Counted from the stretch's first letter, positions 8,897-18,571 are shown. The stretch: DNA of 64,000 nt from an uncultured Acetatifactor sp. (GCA_950096775.1 CATNDL010000025.1:1338-65337), one strand, 5' to 3'. Made by a program: numbers and translations. The notes: generated by a model from the letters alone, not told the origin.

Positions 8897-10513
8897 CTAC
8901 ATCAAAATTTCATCTGTCAGAAAATCCCTGACCGGTATCTTCACCACTGTATTTATCATGGCGGGGGCCTCCTGCAGACGCTCCGTGACGTCCACCGCCA
9001 CCTTCACGTAGTCCTTCGTGTGGCCGATGCAGTATGTCCGCCCGCCTATCTCTCGGGTCTCCTCCAGAAGCGCCTCGGCTTCCTTTCCTATGTAGCGCCT
9101 GCGGAACTCCAAGGACTGCCGCTCCCCCAGGGCGATCAGCTCGGCGCTGCGCCTGGCCTTCACAGGCTCCGGCACCTGGTCCGGCATGGAAGCCGCCGCG
9201 GTCCCCTCCCGCCTGGAATATTTGAAGACATGCATTTCGTAGAACCCTGCCTTCTCCAGGAATTCCCTTGTGTCAGCGAACTCCGCTTCCGTCTCCCCGG
9301 GAAAGCCCGCGATCACGTCCGTGGTGATGGCCGGCCGGTGGAAGCATTCCCGCAGAAGCTCCACGCTCTTGTAGTATTCCCCGGCGGTGTAATGTCTATT
9401 CATCCTTTTTAAGGTAGCGTCGCAGCCGCTCTGGAGGGACAGGTGGAAATGGGGGCAGAGCTTGGGCAGCGCCGCCAGCCGCCTCACCGCCTCCGGCGTG
9501 ACGATCCGCGGCTCCAGGGAGCCCAGGCGGATCCGCTCCAGGCCCTCTATCCCATGGATCTGCTCCACCAGCTCCACCAGCCTGCTGCGGCCGTTGTATG
9601 CGGGCTGCCGTTTTCTTTCACGCGCCCTGTCGTCTGTTCGCGGTTCCTCCCGGAGGGCCCCCTGGTTCCCAGGCGCCTGCCCGGCGCCCCCGCGCAGAAG
9701 AACGGATTCCTGCCCGGATTCCGGATCCCCGGTGCTCCCGGCCTTCCGCCCGGTCTGCGCCCCGGCTGCGTCTCCCTCCTCCTGCCCGGAGCCCCCGCGC
9801 AGAAGAACGGATTCCTGCCCGGATTCCGGACCCCCGGTGCTCCCGGCCTGCGCCCCGTCCTCCCCGAAGTCGATTCCGTAGGAGCTGATATGGATGCCCG
9901 TGAGCACCACCTCCCGGTAGCCCGCGTCCACCAGGCCCCGCACCTCCTCCAGGACATCCTCCGCCCTGCGGCTGCGCACCCTGCCCCTGGCGTAGGGGAT
10001 GGCGCAGTAGGAGCAGAACTGGTTGCAGCCGTCCTGGATCTTGATATAGGCCCTGGTGCGCTCCGCCGTGTGCTTCAGCCGCATCTCCTCATATTCGTAG
10101 GTATGCCCGATGTCCAGGACGGTGGCGCCCTCCAGGGTCTTGTCCCTCTCCGGGCCGCCCTCCCGCCTTCTCTCCAGATACTCCTCCAGGATGGCCGCGA
10201 TGTCCTTCTTCCGGTTGTTGCCGATGGCAAGGTCTACGCCCGGATCCGCCTCCACGGCCTCCCGCCCCGTCTGCACATAGCAGCCCACCGCCACCACCAC
10301 AGCGTCGGGATTGAGCTGCCTGGCACGGTGCAGCATCTGTCTGCTCTTCCTGTCCGCGATGTTGGTGACCGTACATGTGTTCACGATATAGATATCGGCT
10401 CTTTCATCAAATGCCACAATGCCATATCCTTTTTCCCGGAGGATTTGGCGCATTACTTCCATTTCATAGGAATTGACCTTGCAGCCCAGATTATACAATG
10501 CCACAGTTTTCAT
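8897..10513 (-). CDS. mtaB: tRNA t6A37 methylthiotransferase MtaB with large internal insertion
   Basis: NLGCKVNSYE, NTCTVT, radical SAM CNQFCSYC, HLSLQSG, TDVIAGFPGET, C-terminal TRAM; start moved to ATG 10513. Confidence 0.92.
   Translation of the reverse strand: MKTVALYNLGCKVNSYEMEVMRQILREKGYGIVAFDERADIYIVNTCTVTNIADRKSRQMLHRARQLNPDAVVVAVGCYVQTGREAVEADPGVDLAIGNNRKKDIAAILEEYLERRREGGPERDKTLEGATVLDIGHTYEYEEMRLKHTAERTRAYIKIQDGCNQFCSYCAIPYARGRVRSRRAEDVLEEVRGLVDAGYREVVLTGIHISSYGIDFGEDGAQAGSTGGPESGQESVLLRGGSGQEEGDAAGAQTGRKAGSTGDPESGQESVLLRGGAGQAPGNQGALREEPRTDDRARERKRQPAYNGRSRLVELVEQIHGIEGLERIRLGSLEPRIVTPEAVRRLAALPKLCPHFHLSLQSGCDATLKRMNRHYTAGEYYKSVELLRECFHRPAITTDVIAGFPGETEAEFADTREFLEKAGFYEMHVFKYSRREGTAAASMPDQVPEPVKARRSAELIALGERQSLEFRRRYIGKEAEALLEETREIGGRTYCIGHTKDYVKVAVDVTERLQEAPAMINTVVKIPVRDFLTDEILM
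9676..9849. repeat. 69-bp direct repeat inside mtaB (period 105 bp)
   Basis: 9676-9744 vs 9781-9849, 67/69 identical; encodes AGSTG(G/D)PESGQESVLLRGG(S/A)GQ twice. Confidence 0.9.
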
Positions 10514-10546
10514 GATTATTCCCCACTTTTTTGTACTGTTTTCGCC

Positions 10547-10575
10547 TTGACTTTTGCGCCGCCAGCCGTTAATAT
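10547..10575 (+). promoter_or_regulatory. Sigma-A promoter of the HPr-like gene
   Basis: TTGACT-N17-TAATAT. Confidence 0.55.
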
Positions 10576-10612
10576 GTTGACTGGAAGGTAAATCAGACAG
10601 GAGGTAAAGAAG

Positions 10613-10846
10613 ATGAAGACAGTACAAATTTTCCTTAATTCAATCGACAAAGTCAAATCCTTTGTAAACGACATCTCCAAGTTCGACTACGACTTCGACT
10701 TGGTATCCGGCAGATACGTTGTTGACGCGAAATCCATCATGGGCATCTTCAGCTTAGATCTGTCCAAACCCATCGATTTGAACATCCATACAGAGGAAGG
10801 TGCGGACGAGGTGCTGGAGTTCTTAAAGCCCTACATCGTACAGTGA
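10613..10846 (+). CDS. HPr family protein lacking the His15 motif
   Basis: 77 aa with DAKSIMGIFSL (Ser46 motif); AGGAGG RBS. Confidence 0.85.
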   Translation: MKTVQIFLNSIDKVKSFVNDISKFDYDFDLVSGRYVVDAKSIMGIFSLDLSKPIDLNIHTEEGADEVLEFLKPYIVQ

Positions 10847-10911
10847 CCGTCCTGTGGATGGCGGGTACATAGGGCCAGGACAACGCACGAAAGAGGAATG
10901 TCCGGGCGAAG

Positions 10912-10947
10912 AGGCCTTCAGGAGCGCATCCTGAAAGGCCTTTTTTA
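10912..10947 (+). terminator. Intrinsic terminator between convergent HPr-like and thiI genes
   Basis: AGGCCTTCAGGA-GCGCA-TCCTGAAAGGCCT followed by a T run. Confidence 0.8.
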
Positions 10948-10958
10948 TATCCGCGCCC

Positions 10959-12137
10959 CTATTCCACGATGAGCAGCTCTTTGGTCTCCAGGGCCCTCTC
11001 CACCAGCGCCTCTATCCCCTCGTCCAGATTGCGCTCATGGCGGCGGATGACATTGAGGTTGGGCTTGGTCACGGGATGCTTGGCCACGAAGATCGTGCAG
11101 CAGTCCTCATAGGGCAGAATGGAGGTCTCAAAGGTGCCGATCCGCTGGGCCACCTCCACGATCTCCAGCTTGTCGAAGCCGATCAGGGGGCGGTACACCG
11201 GAATGGTGCAGACCTCATTGGTGGCGGCCAGGGACTGCATGGTCTGGGAGGCCACCTGCCCGATGCTCTCTCCGGTGATCAGGCCCAGGCACTCCGTGTC
11301 CTTTGCGATCCGCTCCGCAATCCGCATCATGTACCGACGCATGATGATGGTCAGCTCCTCATGGGGGCATTTCTCATGGATGTAGAGCTGGATGTCCGTG
11401 AAATTGATCACATGGAGCCAGACGGGCCCCGCGTATCCGGCCACGGTCCTGGCCAGATCCACCACCTTCTGCCTGGCCCGCTCGCTGGTGTAGGGCGGCG
11501 CGTGGAAATACACCGCGTCCAGCTTCACGCCCCGCTTGGCTATCATGTACCCCGCCACAGGGGAGTCTATGCCCCCGGACAGAAGCAGCATGGCCTTGCC
11601 CCCTGTCCCCACGGGCATGCCCCCGGGGCCGGGGATGGTCTCCGAATAAATATATATCTTTTCACGGATTTCCACATTCAGCAGGATCTCCGGCTCGTGG
11701 ACGTCCACGGACATCTCCGGATAGGCCTGCAGGACGGCGGCCCCCAGATCCGCGTTGATCTCCATGGATTCTTTGGGATAGTCCTTCCTGGCCCGCCTGG
11801 AGTGCACCTTGAAGGTCTTATGCTTGTCCGGGTAGACCTGATCCACATATTCCACCACCCGCTGGCAGAGCTTCTCGAAGCCCTCGTCCTCCGCATAGAC
11901 CACAGGGCAGATGCCGGAGATGCCGAACACCTTCTTCAGCCCCTCCACCGCCTCCTCAAAGTCGAACTCTCCCCTGGCCTCCACAAAGATGCGCCCCTGG
12001 GATTTGTGGATCAGGAACTCCCCCTCGCATTTCTTCAGCGCCAGCTTCATCTGGTGCATCAGCATGTCCTCGAACAGATAGCGGTTCTTTCCCTTGATGC
12101 CAATCTCGGCATATTTTATCAAAAAAGCTGTAAACAT
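10959..12137 (-). CDS. thiI: tRNA 4-thiouridine synthase ThiI
   Basis: KYAEIGIKGKNR, THUMP domain, LLLSGGIDSPVAG PP-loop, TGESIGQVASQT, PYEDCC. Confidence 0.94.
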   Translation of the reverse strand: MFTAFLIKYAEIGIKGKNRYLFEDMLMHQMKLALKKCEGEFLIHKSQGRIFVEARGEFDFEEAVEGLKKVFGISGICPVVYAEDEGFEKLCQRVVEYVDQVYPDKHKTFKVHSRRARKDYPKESMEINADLGAAVLQAYPEMSVDVHEPEILLNVEIREKIYIYSETIPGPGGMPVGTGGKAMLLLSGGIDSPVAGYMIAKRGVKLDAVYFHAPPYTSERARQKVVDLARTVAGYAGPVWLHVINFTDIQLYIHEKCPHEELTIIMRRYMMRIAERIAKDTECLGLITGESIGQVASQTMQSLAATNEVCTIPVYRPLIGFDKLEIVEVAQRIGTFETSILPYEDCCTIFVAKHPVTKPNLNVIRRHERNLDEGIEALVERALETKELLIVE

Positions 12138-12274
12138 GGCTTGTCCTTTCTTCCGCGCCGGATTTCCGGAAGCGTTCGTCAGCCCCCGGAAACCCCCGCG
12201 GATCCCAAAGCTCCGGACGGCGCCTGGGGAGGCATTCCTGCCCCCAGGGCCCGCCGGAGCCTGTCCCCGCGCCC

Positions 12275-13447
12275 TCAGCGTTTCCTGGTATATCTGCGCA
12301 GCATGGGAATCTTATCATACATGGCCTGCAATGTATAGTCCAGTTCTTCCTGGGTGGTATAGACGGAGAAGCTGAAGCGGATGGTGGACTCCAGCAGGGG
12401 CTTCTCGATGCCCATGGCCTTCAGCGTGGCCGAGGGCTGGGGCTTCCTGGCGGCGCAGGCGCTCCCCGCGGACACATAGATGCCCTCCTCCTCCAGCGCG
12501 TGGAGCAGCACCTCGCTGCGCACGCCCTCCACCGACACGCTGACGATATGGGGCGCCGTTCCGGCACCATCCGGCTCTCCCGGCAGAAGGCCGTTGATCC
12601 TGACCCCCTCCAGCTTCCTCACGCCGTTGCAGAAATATTCCTTGCACTGGTACAGGCGCTTCACATCGTCCTCGTAATGGGCCCAGAGCAGCTCCGCCGC
12701 CCTGGCGAAGCCCGCGATTCCCGGCACATTGTCCGTTCCGGAGCGCAGGTTCATCTGCTGGCCCCCGCCGTGGATGATCGGCTGGATCTTCACCTGGCCG
12801 CCCACGTAGAGCAGGCCCACGCCCTTGGGCCCGTGAATCTTGTGCCCGCTGGCGGACAGCAGGTCGATGCCCATCCGCCTGGGATAGATCTTCGCCTTTC
12901 CGAAGCCCTGCACCGCATCCACATGGAAGAGGGTGTGGGGATTCATGCGCTTCACCAGGGATGCCGCCTCCGCCACGGGTTGGAGGGATCCCACCTCATT
13001 GTTGGTGTGCATGACGGACACCAAAACGGTCTCCGGGGTCATGGCCCGGCGCAGATCCTCCAGGGATATCCGCCCCCAGGCGTCCACCGGCAGATAAGTC
13101 ACGCGGAAGCCCTGAGATTCCAGATACCGCATGGTGTTCAGGACCGCCGGGTGCTCGATCTGGGTGGTGATCAGATGCTTTCCCTGTCTGACACCCGCCC
13201 TGGCACAGCCGATCAGCGCCATATTGTCCGATTCCGTCCCCCCGGAGGTGAAGAAGATCTCCTTCTCGTTCACCTTCAGGATTCCGGCAAAGGTCTCTCT
13301 GGCGCTCCTCAGGTACTGCTCTGCCTGTACTCCCTTCATATGGAGGCTGGAGGGATTGCCGTAGTCCTCGCACATGACCTTTGCCATCAGCTCCGCCACC
13401 TCCGGGAAGACTCTGGTGGTGGCGGAATTATCCAGATAAATTTCCAT
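12275..13447 (-). CDS. iscS: Cysteine desulfurase (IscS/NifS family, partner of ThiI)
   Basis: YLDNSATT, FTSGGTESDN, HVDAVQ, SGHKIHGPKGVG, SAGSAC. Confidence 0.9.
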   Translation of the reverse strand: MEIYLDNSATTRVFPEVAELMAKVMCEDYGNPSSLHMKGVQAEQYLRSARETFAGILKVNEKEIFFTSGGTESDNMALIGCARAGVRQGKHLITTQIEHPAVLNTMRYLESQGFRVTYLPVDAWGRISLEDLRRAMTPETVLVSVMHTNNEVGSLQPVAEAASLVKRMNPHTLFHVDAVQGFGKAKIYPRRMGIDLLSASGHKIHGPKGVGLLYVGGQVKIQPIIHGGGQQMNLRSGTDNVPGIAGFARAAELLWAHYEDDVKRLYQCKEYFCNGVRKLEGVRINGLLPGEPDGAGTAPHIVSVSVEGVRSEVLLHALEEEGIYVSAGSACAARKPQPSATLKAMGIEKPLLESTIRFSFSVYTTQEELDYTLQAMYDKIPMLRRYTRKR

Positions 13448-13503
13448 GGCTTTACTCCTTTATCAAATCAAACAGCTCTCCGGGCGAAAGCTGCAGTTCA
13501 CTT

Positions 13504-13532
13504 ATACTATCATATGCCGCAGCCACTGTCTA
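13504..13532 (-). promoter_or_regulatory. Putative sigma-A promoter of iscS-thiI
   Basis: TAGACA-N17-TAGTAT with TG extension. Confidence 0.4.
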
Positions 13533-13602
13533 TGTCCCTGCCGCCCGATTCCCAAAAGGCAGATTCCGGGAGCTGCTCCGCCGCCATAGCGCAGGCTCCC
13601 CC

Positions 13603-14349
13603 TCATGCCTCCAGCAGGTACATGATCCAGGACAGCACCGCAAGCCCCGCCGTCTCCGTCCGCAGGATCCGCTTCCCCAATGTGACCGGCAGGACACCGC
13701 TCTCCCGGGCGAGGCCGATCTCCGCCTCCGCAAAGCCTCCCTCCGGCCCTATGAACACCGCCACCCGCTGGCCGGGCCGGATGCCCTCCAGCAGGCTCTT
13801 CGTCCGGGACATGTCCTCCGCCAGCTCATAGGGGATCAGCGCCACGTCCATCCCCGAGGCCATCCCCACCGCCCGGGCAAAAGATGACACTTCCGTCACT
13901 TCCGGGATGACAGCCCTTTTGCTCTGCTTGGCCGCGGCCTCCGCAATCCCCTGCCAGCGGGCTCTTTTGGCTGCGGCCTTCTTCCCGTCCAGCTTCACCA
14001 CGCAACGGCTGGCGGCCACAGGTATCACCTGGTGCACCCCCAGCTCCACTGCCTTCTGGATGATGAATTCCATCTTGTCCCCCTTGGGGAGCCCCTGGAA
14101 GAGGTAAATCTCCGCAGACAGCTCCACCGCGTCCTCTTTGATGAAGCGCAGCTCGCAGACAATCTCGGACTCCCCCAGGGAAAGGATGCCGCAGCGGTAC
14201 TCCCTGCCGTCCCGGCCGTCCCTGACGGAAATCTCCTCCCCGGGGCGCATGCGGAGGACATTCCTGATATGGTTCACATCCTCCCCCATGATTATGACAC
14301 GCCTGTCAGGTATATCGATCTGTGACGGATCCACAAAAAACTGATACAT
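13603..14349 (-). CDS. rsmE: 16S rRNA m3U1498 methyltransferase
   Basis: HIRNVLRM, KGDKMEFIIQKAVELG, IGPEGGF, LGKRILRTETAG. Confidence 0.94.
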   Translation of the reverse strand: MYQFFVDPSQIDIPDRRVIIMGEDVNHIRNVLRMRPGEEISVRDGRDGREYRCGILSLGESEIVCELRFIKEDAVELSAEIYLFQGLPKGDKMEFIIQKAVELGVHQVIPVAASRCVVKLDGKKAAAKRARWQGIAEAAAKQSKRAVIPEVTEVSSFARAVGMASGMDVALIPYELAEDMSRTKSLLEGIRPGQRVAVFIGPEGGFAEAEIGLARESGVLPVTLGKRILRTETAGLAVLSWIMYLLEA

Positions 14350-14538
14350 GGCTTTCTCCTGTCCGGCCCCGCCCCTTTGTCCGCGGGCCCTGAAATCCCC
14401 CTGCTTCCCCGCCGCGCCGGTGCAGCCGCCGCGGGCAGTCCCCGGCAGAATGCCGCCGAGCTTTCCCCCGTCTCCTGCCGTCCGAGGGAGGGGAGCCTGC
14501 CGCAGACAGGCTGCGGGGCGCGATGCCCCGGCAGGTCA

Positions 14539-15528
14539 TCAGGCCTTCCACCTGGCGGTGACGCTGGCCCACTCGCCCTGGCGGTTCACCTCCAGCACCT
14601 GGAATCCGGCCGCCTTCACGGCCTCCACCACGGTCTCCTCCTTGTCGTCTATGATGCCGGAGGTGATATAGATGCCGCCCGGCTTCAACTGCTCCGTAAT
14701 CACAGGGGTCAGGGGCAGCAGCACCTCCGCCAGGATATTGGCCACCACGATGTCGTACTGCCCGTATCCCACCTGCGCCTGCACGGCCCTGTCCGTGATG
14801 ATATTGCCGATCAGCATCTCGAAGCGGGCAGGGTCGATGCCGTTGGCGGCACAGTTCTCTGCCACCGCCTCCACCGCACACTGGTCCAGGTCCGTGCCCA
14901 CCGCATGGCCCGCCCCGAACATCAGTGCCAGGATCGACAGGATGCCGCTGCCCGTGCCCACGTCCAGAAGTCTGGCCCCGGGCGTCATGTATTTGCGCAG
15001 CTGCCTGACGCAGAGCTGGGTGGTCTCATGCATCCCCGTGCCGAAGGCAGTGCCCGGGTCGATGTGCAGCACCGTCCTGTCCAGGTCCTCCACCTTTACG
15101 TCCTCCCAGGAAGGAATCACCAGGATATCGTCTATATAGAACTGGTGGAAATACTGCTTCCAGTTGTTGATCCAGTCGATGTCCTCCGTCTCGTCCACAG
15201 TCACCGTGCCCTCGCCGATGTCGCAGAACTGCCGCAGCTCCTCCAGCTCCACGCGCACCTTTTCCAGAATGGCCGCCTGGTCCGTGGGCTCGTCCCCAAT
15301 CGTCAGGCTGCCGTCCTCCCTCTCCTCCACAAAGAAGCTCAGATAGGCGATTCCGTCGTCCTCCGGCCCCTCCGGCAGGATGTCCACGAACATCTGCTCC
15401 TTCTCCAGGGCGGTCAGGGGCACCTTGTCCTCAATCTGGGCGCCCTCCAGCCCGATGTCGTAGAGGGCGCTGACGATGATGTCCTCGGCCTCCGTCACTG
15501 TCTTTATCCTGAATTTCTTCCACTTCAT
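14539..15528 (-). CDS. prmA: Ribosomal protein L11 methyltransferase
   Basis: IDPGTAFGTGMHETT, LDVGTGSGILS, ANILAE, SGII. Confidence 0.94.
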   Translation of the reverse strand: MKWKKFRIKTVTEAEDIIVSALYDIGLEGAQIEDKVPLTALEKEQMFVDILPEGPEDDGIAYLSFFVEEREDGSLTIGDEPTDQAAILEKVRVELEELRQFCDIGEGTVTVDETEDIDWINNWKQYFHQFYIDDILVIPSWEDVKVEDLDRTVLHIDPGTAFGTGMHETTQLCVRQLRKYMTPGARLLDVGTGSGILSILALMFGAGHAVGTDLDQCAVEAVAENCAANGIDPARFEMLIGNIITDRAVQAQVGYGQYDIVVANILAEVLLPLTPVITEQLKPGGIYITSGIIDDKEETVVEAVKAAGFQVLEVNRQGEWASVTARWKA

Positions 15529-17381
15529 GACCTTGTTCTCCGTTTCCCGATATTCTGTTTATCATTCATCCTTCTATATTTGTTCGCTTTTTCGCCTTCC
15601 TGTTGCCCGTCATTCCCCGGGCCTGATGCACCTCCCCTGGCCCGCATCCTCTGTTCGCAGACTCCCAGGACCAGGAAGAGCAGCGGCGTGTTCAGCACCT
15701 GCTGGAAGCTGATGAGGGAGTGGGCCCCGTACATGGCGATCGCCAAAACCCCCGCCCAGAGGCAGCAGGCATCCGAATCCGCCGGAAAGGCCAGGGCTCC
15801 CCCGCCCTTTCCGGGCCCGCCGCCCCGGCTCTGTACCAGGCTCCGGCGGCTCTCCGCGCTTCCCCTGCCATAGCGCCACAGCCCTGCCAGGAATATGGCC
15901 AGATAGCTCACCGTCCCCAGTATCCCCACATTGCATAGCTGGCTCAGGACCTCATTGTGCGCGTTGGTGAAGACCGCGCCCTCCCAGTGCTCCCCCTTCC
16001 ACACATCCGACCCTGTGCCCAGCCTGCCGAAGACCGCCACCCCATAGCAGTCCGGGCCCGCTCCCAGCAGCTTGTCCTTCATGTCCCCCTGAACGAAGCC
16101 CTCCAGGGCGATGCGCCACAGAAAGCCCCTGCCGCTGCCGAACCCGTCTCCGATTCCCCGTGAGGCCAGGATCAGCAGGGCGGCCGCCAGGCATCCTGCC
16201 AGACAGACCGCCGCCGCGGCAATCAGGGCTTTCTTCCCTTGACGGCGCGGCCCCCTGCTTCCACGGACATGTCCCTTTTTCCCGGATGTCCGTTCCTCCG
16301 GGATCTGCCCGCCTTTCGCAGACCCACGTTCCCCCGGAGCATGCCCGCCTTTCGCAGACCTACGTTCCCCCGGAGCATGCCGCCTTTTTGCGGACAGCAG
16401 ACACGCCCCCAGGCATACCACGCCCGCGATCGCCCAGACATACCAGGCCACATTCCAGAAGACATTGCCGTCTGCAACCACGGCCGCCCTCTCCTTCCGC
16501 AGCTCCATCCCCAGCTCCATCAGCGGCATGCACAGGAAGAATCCGGCCAGAAGGGCCCAAAGCCTGGTCAGCACCTCGGCCCGCCTGCGCCCCAGCACGA
16601 AGCAGCCCGCCGCGCAGACCGCCAGGATCAGTAGGCCTCCCTGGCTGCCCTGCACGCCCAGCAGCACAAAGGCCGCCACTGCCTCCACATAGAGGAGCAG
16701 CCTGGCCCAGGGCCTGGGCTCCAGAAGGAAATGCGCCGCCGGAAGGGCCAGCACCACGCTGTAGTAGCCGCACAGCCAGTTGATGTTCCCCAGCGTGGAC
16801 AGCATATGGCTGTACTCCCAGTCCCCGGGGTTCCAGTGCACCAACAGCCTCAGCGGATCGATCCCCAGCCTGTGCAGCAGGCCGAACAGCGTCACCAGGC
16901 CCAGCGCCGCCTCCCCCAGGTACAGGGGCCAGCGCGCCCCGTCATACTGCCTGGACACGAAGAAATAGATGCCGACGAACAAAAGCTGGGACACAGCCCC
17001 CATATACCAGCCCTCATAGCCCGTCCACGCAAGGCCCCCGTACTCGCTGCGCAGGGCGGAGAGGAGCACGCATATGCCGTAGGACGCCACCGCGGCGTCC
17101 ACCATGCCGGGCTCCCTCCGCCTGCCTGCTCCCGCGCTCCGGCTCCCGGCCCGCTTCGCCGCCCGCCATATCCCCATGGAGAGCGCCGCGGCCAGCCAGA
17201 TTCCCAGGCAGAGCAGGGAAAGGTTCTTGAACAGCATGTACTTCGTATCGCCCAGGCTCCAATAGCCCTTCCCCGTATACAGGGGCAGAGCCACCAGCAG
17301 GGCCACCAGGTACAGATTACACAAAAGCCCCAGGAATTCGTTATTTCCGTTCTTCATCGCCCCAGATTCGTCAGCTTCCAT
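15525..17381 (-). CDS. O-antigen ligase/Wzy_C-like polytopic membrane protein
   Basis: Many TM helices, STLGNINWL, FGSGRGFLW and AHNEVLSQL...GILG motif; stop overlaps the prmA start (ATGA). Confidence 0.72.
   Translation of the reverse strand: MEADESGAMKNGNNEFLGLLCNLYLVALLVALPLYTGKGYWSLGDTKYMLFKNLSLLCLGIWLAAALSMGIWRAAKRAGSRSAGAGRRREPGMVDAAVASYGICVLLSALRSEYGGLAWTGYEGWYMGAVSQLLFVGIYFFVSRQYDGARWPLYLGEAALGLVTLFGLLHRLGIDPLRLLVHWNPGDWEYSHMLSTLGNINWLCGYYSVVLALPAAHFLLEPRPWARLLLYVEAVAAFVLLGVQGSQGGLLILAVCAAGCFVLGRRRAEVLTRLWALLAGFFLCMPLMELGMELRKERAAVVADGNVFWNVAWYVWAIAGVVCLGACLLSAKRRHAPGERRSAKGGHAPGERGSAKGGQIPEERTSGKKGHVRGSRGPRRQGKKALIAAAAVCLAGCLAAALLILASRGIGDGFGSGRGFLWRIALEGFVQGDMKDKLLGAGPDCYGVAVFGRLGTGSDVWKGEHWEGAVFTNAHNEVLSQLCNVGILGTVSYLAIFLAGLWRYGRGSAESRRSLVQSRGGGPGKGGGALAFPADSDACCLWAGVLAIAMYGAHSLISFQQVLNTPLLFLVLGVCEQRMRARGGASGPGNDGQQEGEKANKYRRMNDKQNIGKRRTRS
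16270..16395. repeat. 36-bp tandem repeat (about 3.5 units) in the ligase-like gene
   Basis: TGCCCGCCTTTCGCAGACC(C/T)ACGTTCCCCCGGAGCA at 16306 and 16342 plus degenerate flanking units; encodes GGHAPGERxSAK-type 12-mers. Confidence 0.85.
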
Positions 17382-17433
17382 CTACCAGTCTCCCGCTTCC
17401 CGTCCGGAATTGTCCGGAAAATCTCTTCACATT

Positions 17434-17462
17434 ATGATATCCTTTCACAGCCCTTCTGTCAA
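17434..17462 (-). promoter_or_regulatory. Sigma-A promoter of ligase-like gene-prmA-rsmE
   Basis: TTGACA-N17-TATCAT. Confidence 0.65.
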
Positions 17463-17539
17463 CAAAATCGTCAGAGACAGCGCAATTCGGTCGCAATTCG
17501 CGCAGCAGGATTCGGAGAATCCCGCAAAAGCTTCCGCCC

Positions 17540-18571
17540 TCAGCGGCCATGGCCGGATCTGTGGCCATGGCCCTCTTCTCTGTGGCGGTCCGTATCCTGC
17601 CCTGCGGGCTGCTCTGTGTCCTGCTCTGTGGGCTGCAGGGCAGGGGATTCGCCGGGCGCTTCCCCGGCCTGTCCGGTAGATTGACTATTTTCATCCGTCA
17701 TTCCGGCTCCCGCCTCATTTCCGGTCCCGGCTCCGTCTCCTGTCTCATTCCCGCTCCCGGTCCCATCTTCCGTCTCATTCCCGCTCCCGGCCCCGTCTCC
17801 CGCCTCATCCTCCTTCTCAGGCTCCGTCCCGCCTCCATGCCTTCCCCCATGTCCGTCTCCATGGTTCGCGCCGTGCTCATGCTCCTCGATCCTGCTGTTG
17901 ATCTGGGACATGCTCATCTCATGGCAGTCCTCCACGGTGACGGTGGGCTCGTACCGCAGCAGCACCTGGTAGGCCAGGTACTTCCCCAGGGACAGCCCGT
18001 TCCCGTGGGCCTCCTCCACCAGGCTCATGTCCGCCCTGACGCTGACCCCTCCATGCTCCACGCAGCCGGAGGAACGGGCGATCTCCTCCAGCATCTGCTC
18101 CTCCCTGGGAGCGCTGTCCGTGGCCACCGTAAAGGTCAGCGCCGCGTCCCGGGTCAGATAGGGCTGCATGCCCTCGCTGCCCACGATGCTCTCGATGGCG
18201 TCCCCGTAGCGCATCCCCTTCACCGAGACCCCCTCCAGAATCCCCTGGCCGTCCTCATTGTAAGCCTCCACACCGATGACCCTGTCCAGCCGGTTCAGAG
18301 TAAGCTCCAGAGAGGGATTCAGATCGATGCTGACATAGGCCACGGGCATCCAAAGCATGGCATAGGCGCCGATGCACAGGAATACCGTGAGCATGGCCCC
18401 GGCGGCGCTCAGCGCCAGGCGGAAAGCGGGACGGGACAGGCCTCTATTCTTAGAGCGCCCCTGCTCAAGCTGTCTGGCGTCCCGCAGGAATTCTTTTGTG
18501 GAGGCCTTCAGCTCTTCGCTTGCCCGCACGCAGTCAAACGCTTTCCCGATTCTGTTCTCCTGCCTCATCAC
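17540..18571 (-). CDS. RsgI-like membrane anti-sigma factor with His-rich C-terminus
   Basis: One TM helix followed by VAYVSIDLNPSLELTLNRLDRVIGVEAYNEDG (RsgI-type conserved segment); start overlaps the sigma stop. Confidence 0.78.
   Translation of the reverse strand: MMRQENRIGKAFDCVRASEELKASTKEFLRDARQLEQGRSKNRGLSRPAFRLALSAAGAMLTVFLCIGAYAMLWMPVAYVSIDLNPSLELTLNRLDRVIGVEAYNEDGQGILEGVSVKGMRYGDAIESIVGSEGMQPYLTRDAALTFTVATDSAPREEQMLEEIARSSGCVEHGGVSVRADMSLVEEAHGNGLSLGKYLAYQVLLRYEPTVTVEDCHEMSMSQINSRIEEHEHGANHGDGHGGRHGGGTEPEKEDEAGDGAGSGNETEDGTGSGNETGDGAGTGNEAGAGMTDENSQSTGQAGEAPGESPALQPTEQDTEQPAGQDTDRHREEGHGHRSGHGR
17705..17810. repeat. 30-bp tandem repeat in the anti-sigma tail
   Basis: Encodes EDEAGDGAGS/GNETEDGTGS/GNETGDGAGT/GNEAGAG. 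Confidence 0.8.

Noticed and set aside
10847-10911. Hairpin-rich 3' region after the HPr-like gene as an sRNA
   Set aside because: No separate promoter and no resemblance to an RNA family I recognise; explained as a 3' UTR
14350-14538. Long GC-rich spacers (14350-14538, 12138-12274, 21183-21304) as mobile element remnants
   Set aside because: No terminal repeats, target duplications or clear shared sequence detectable by eye
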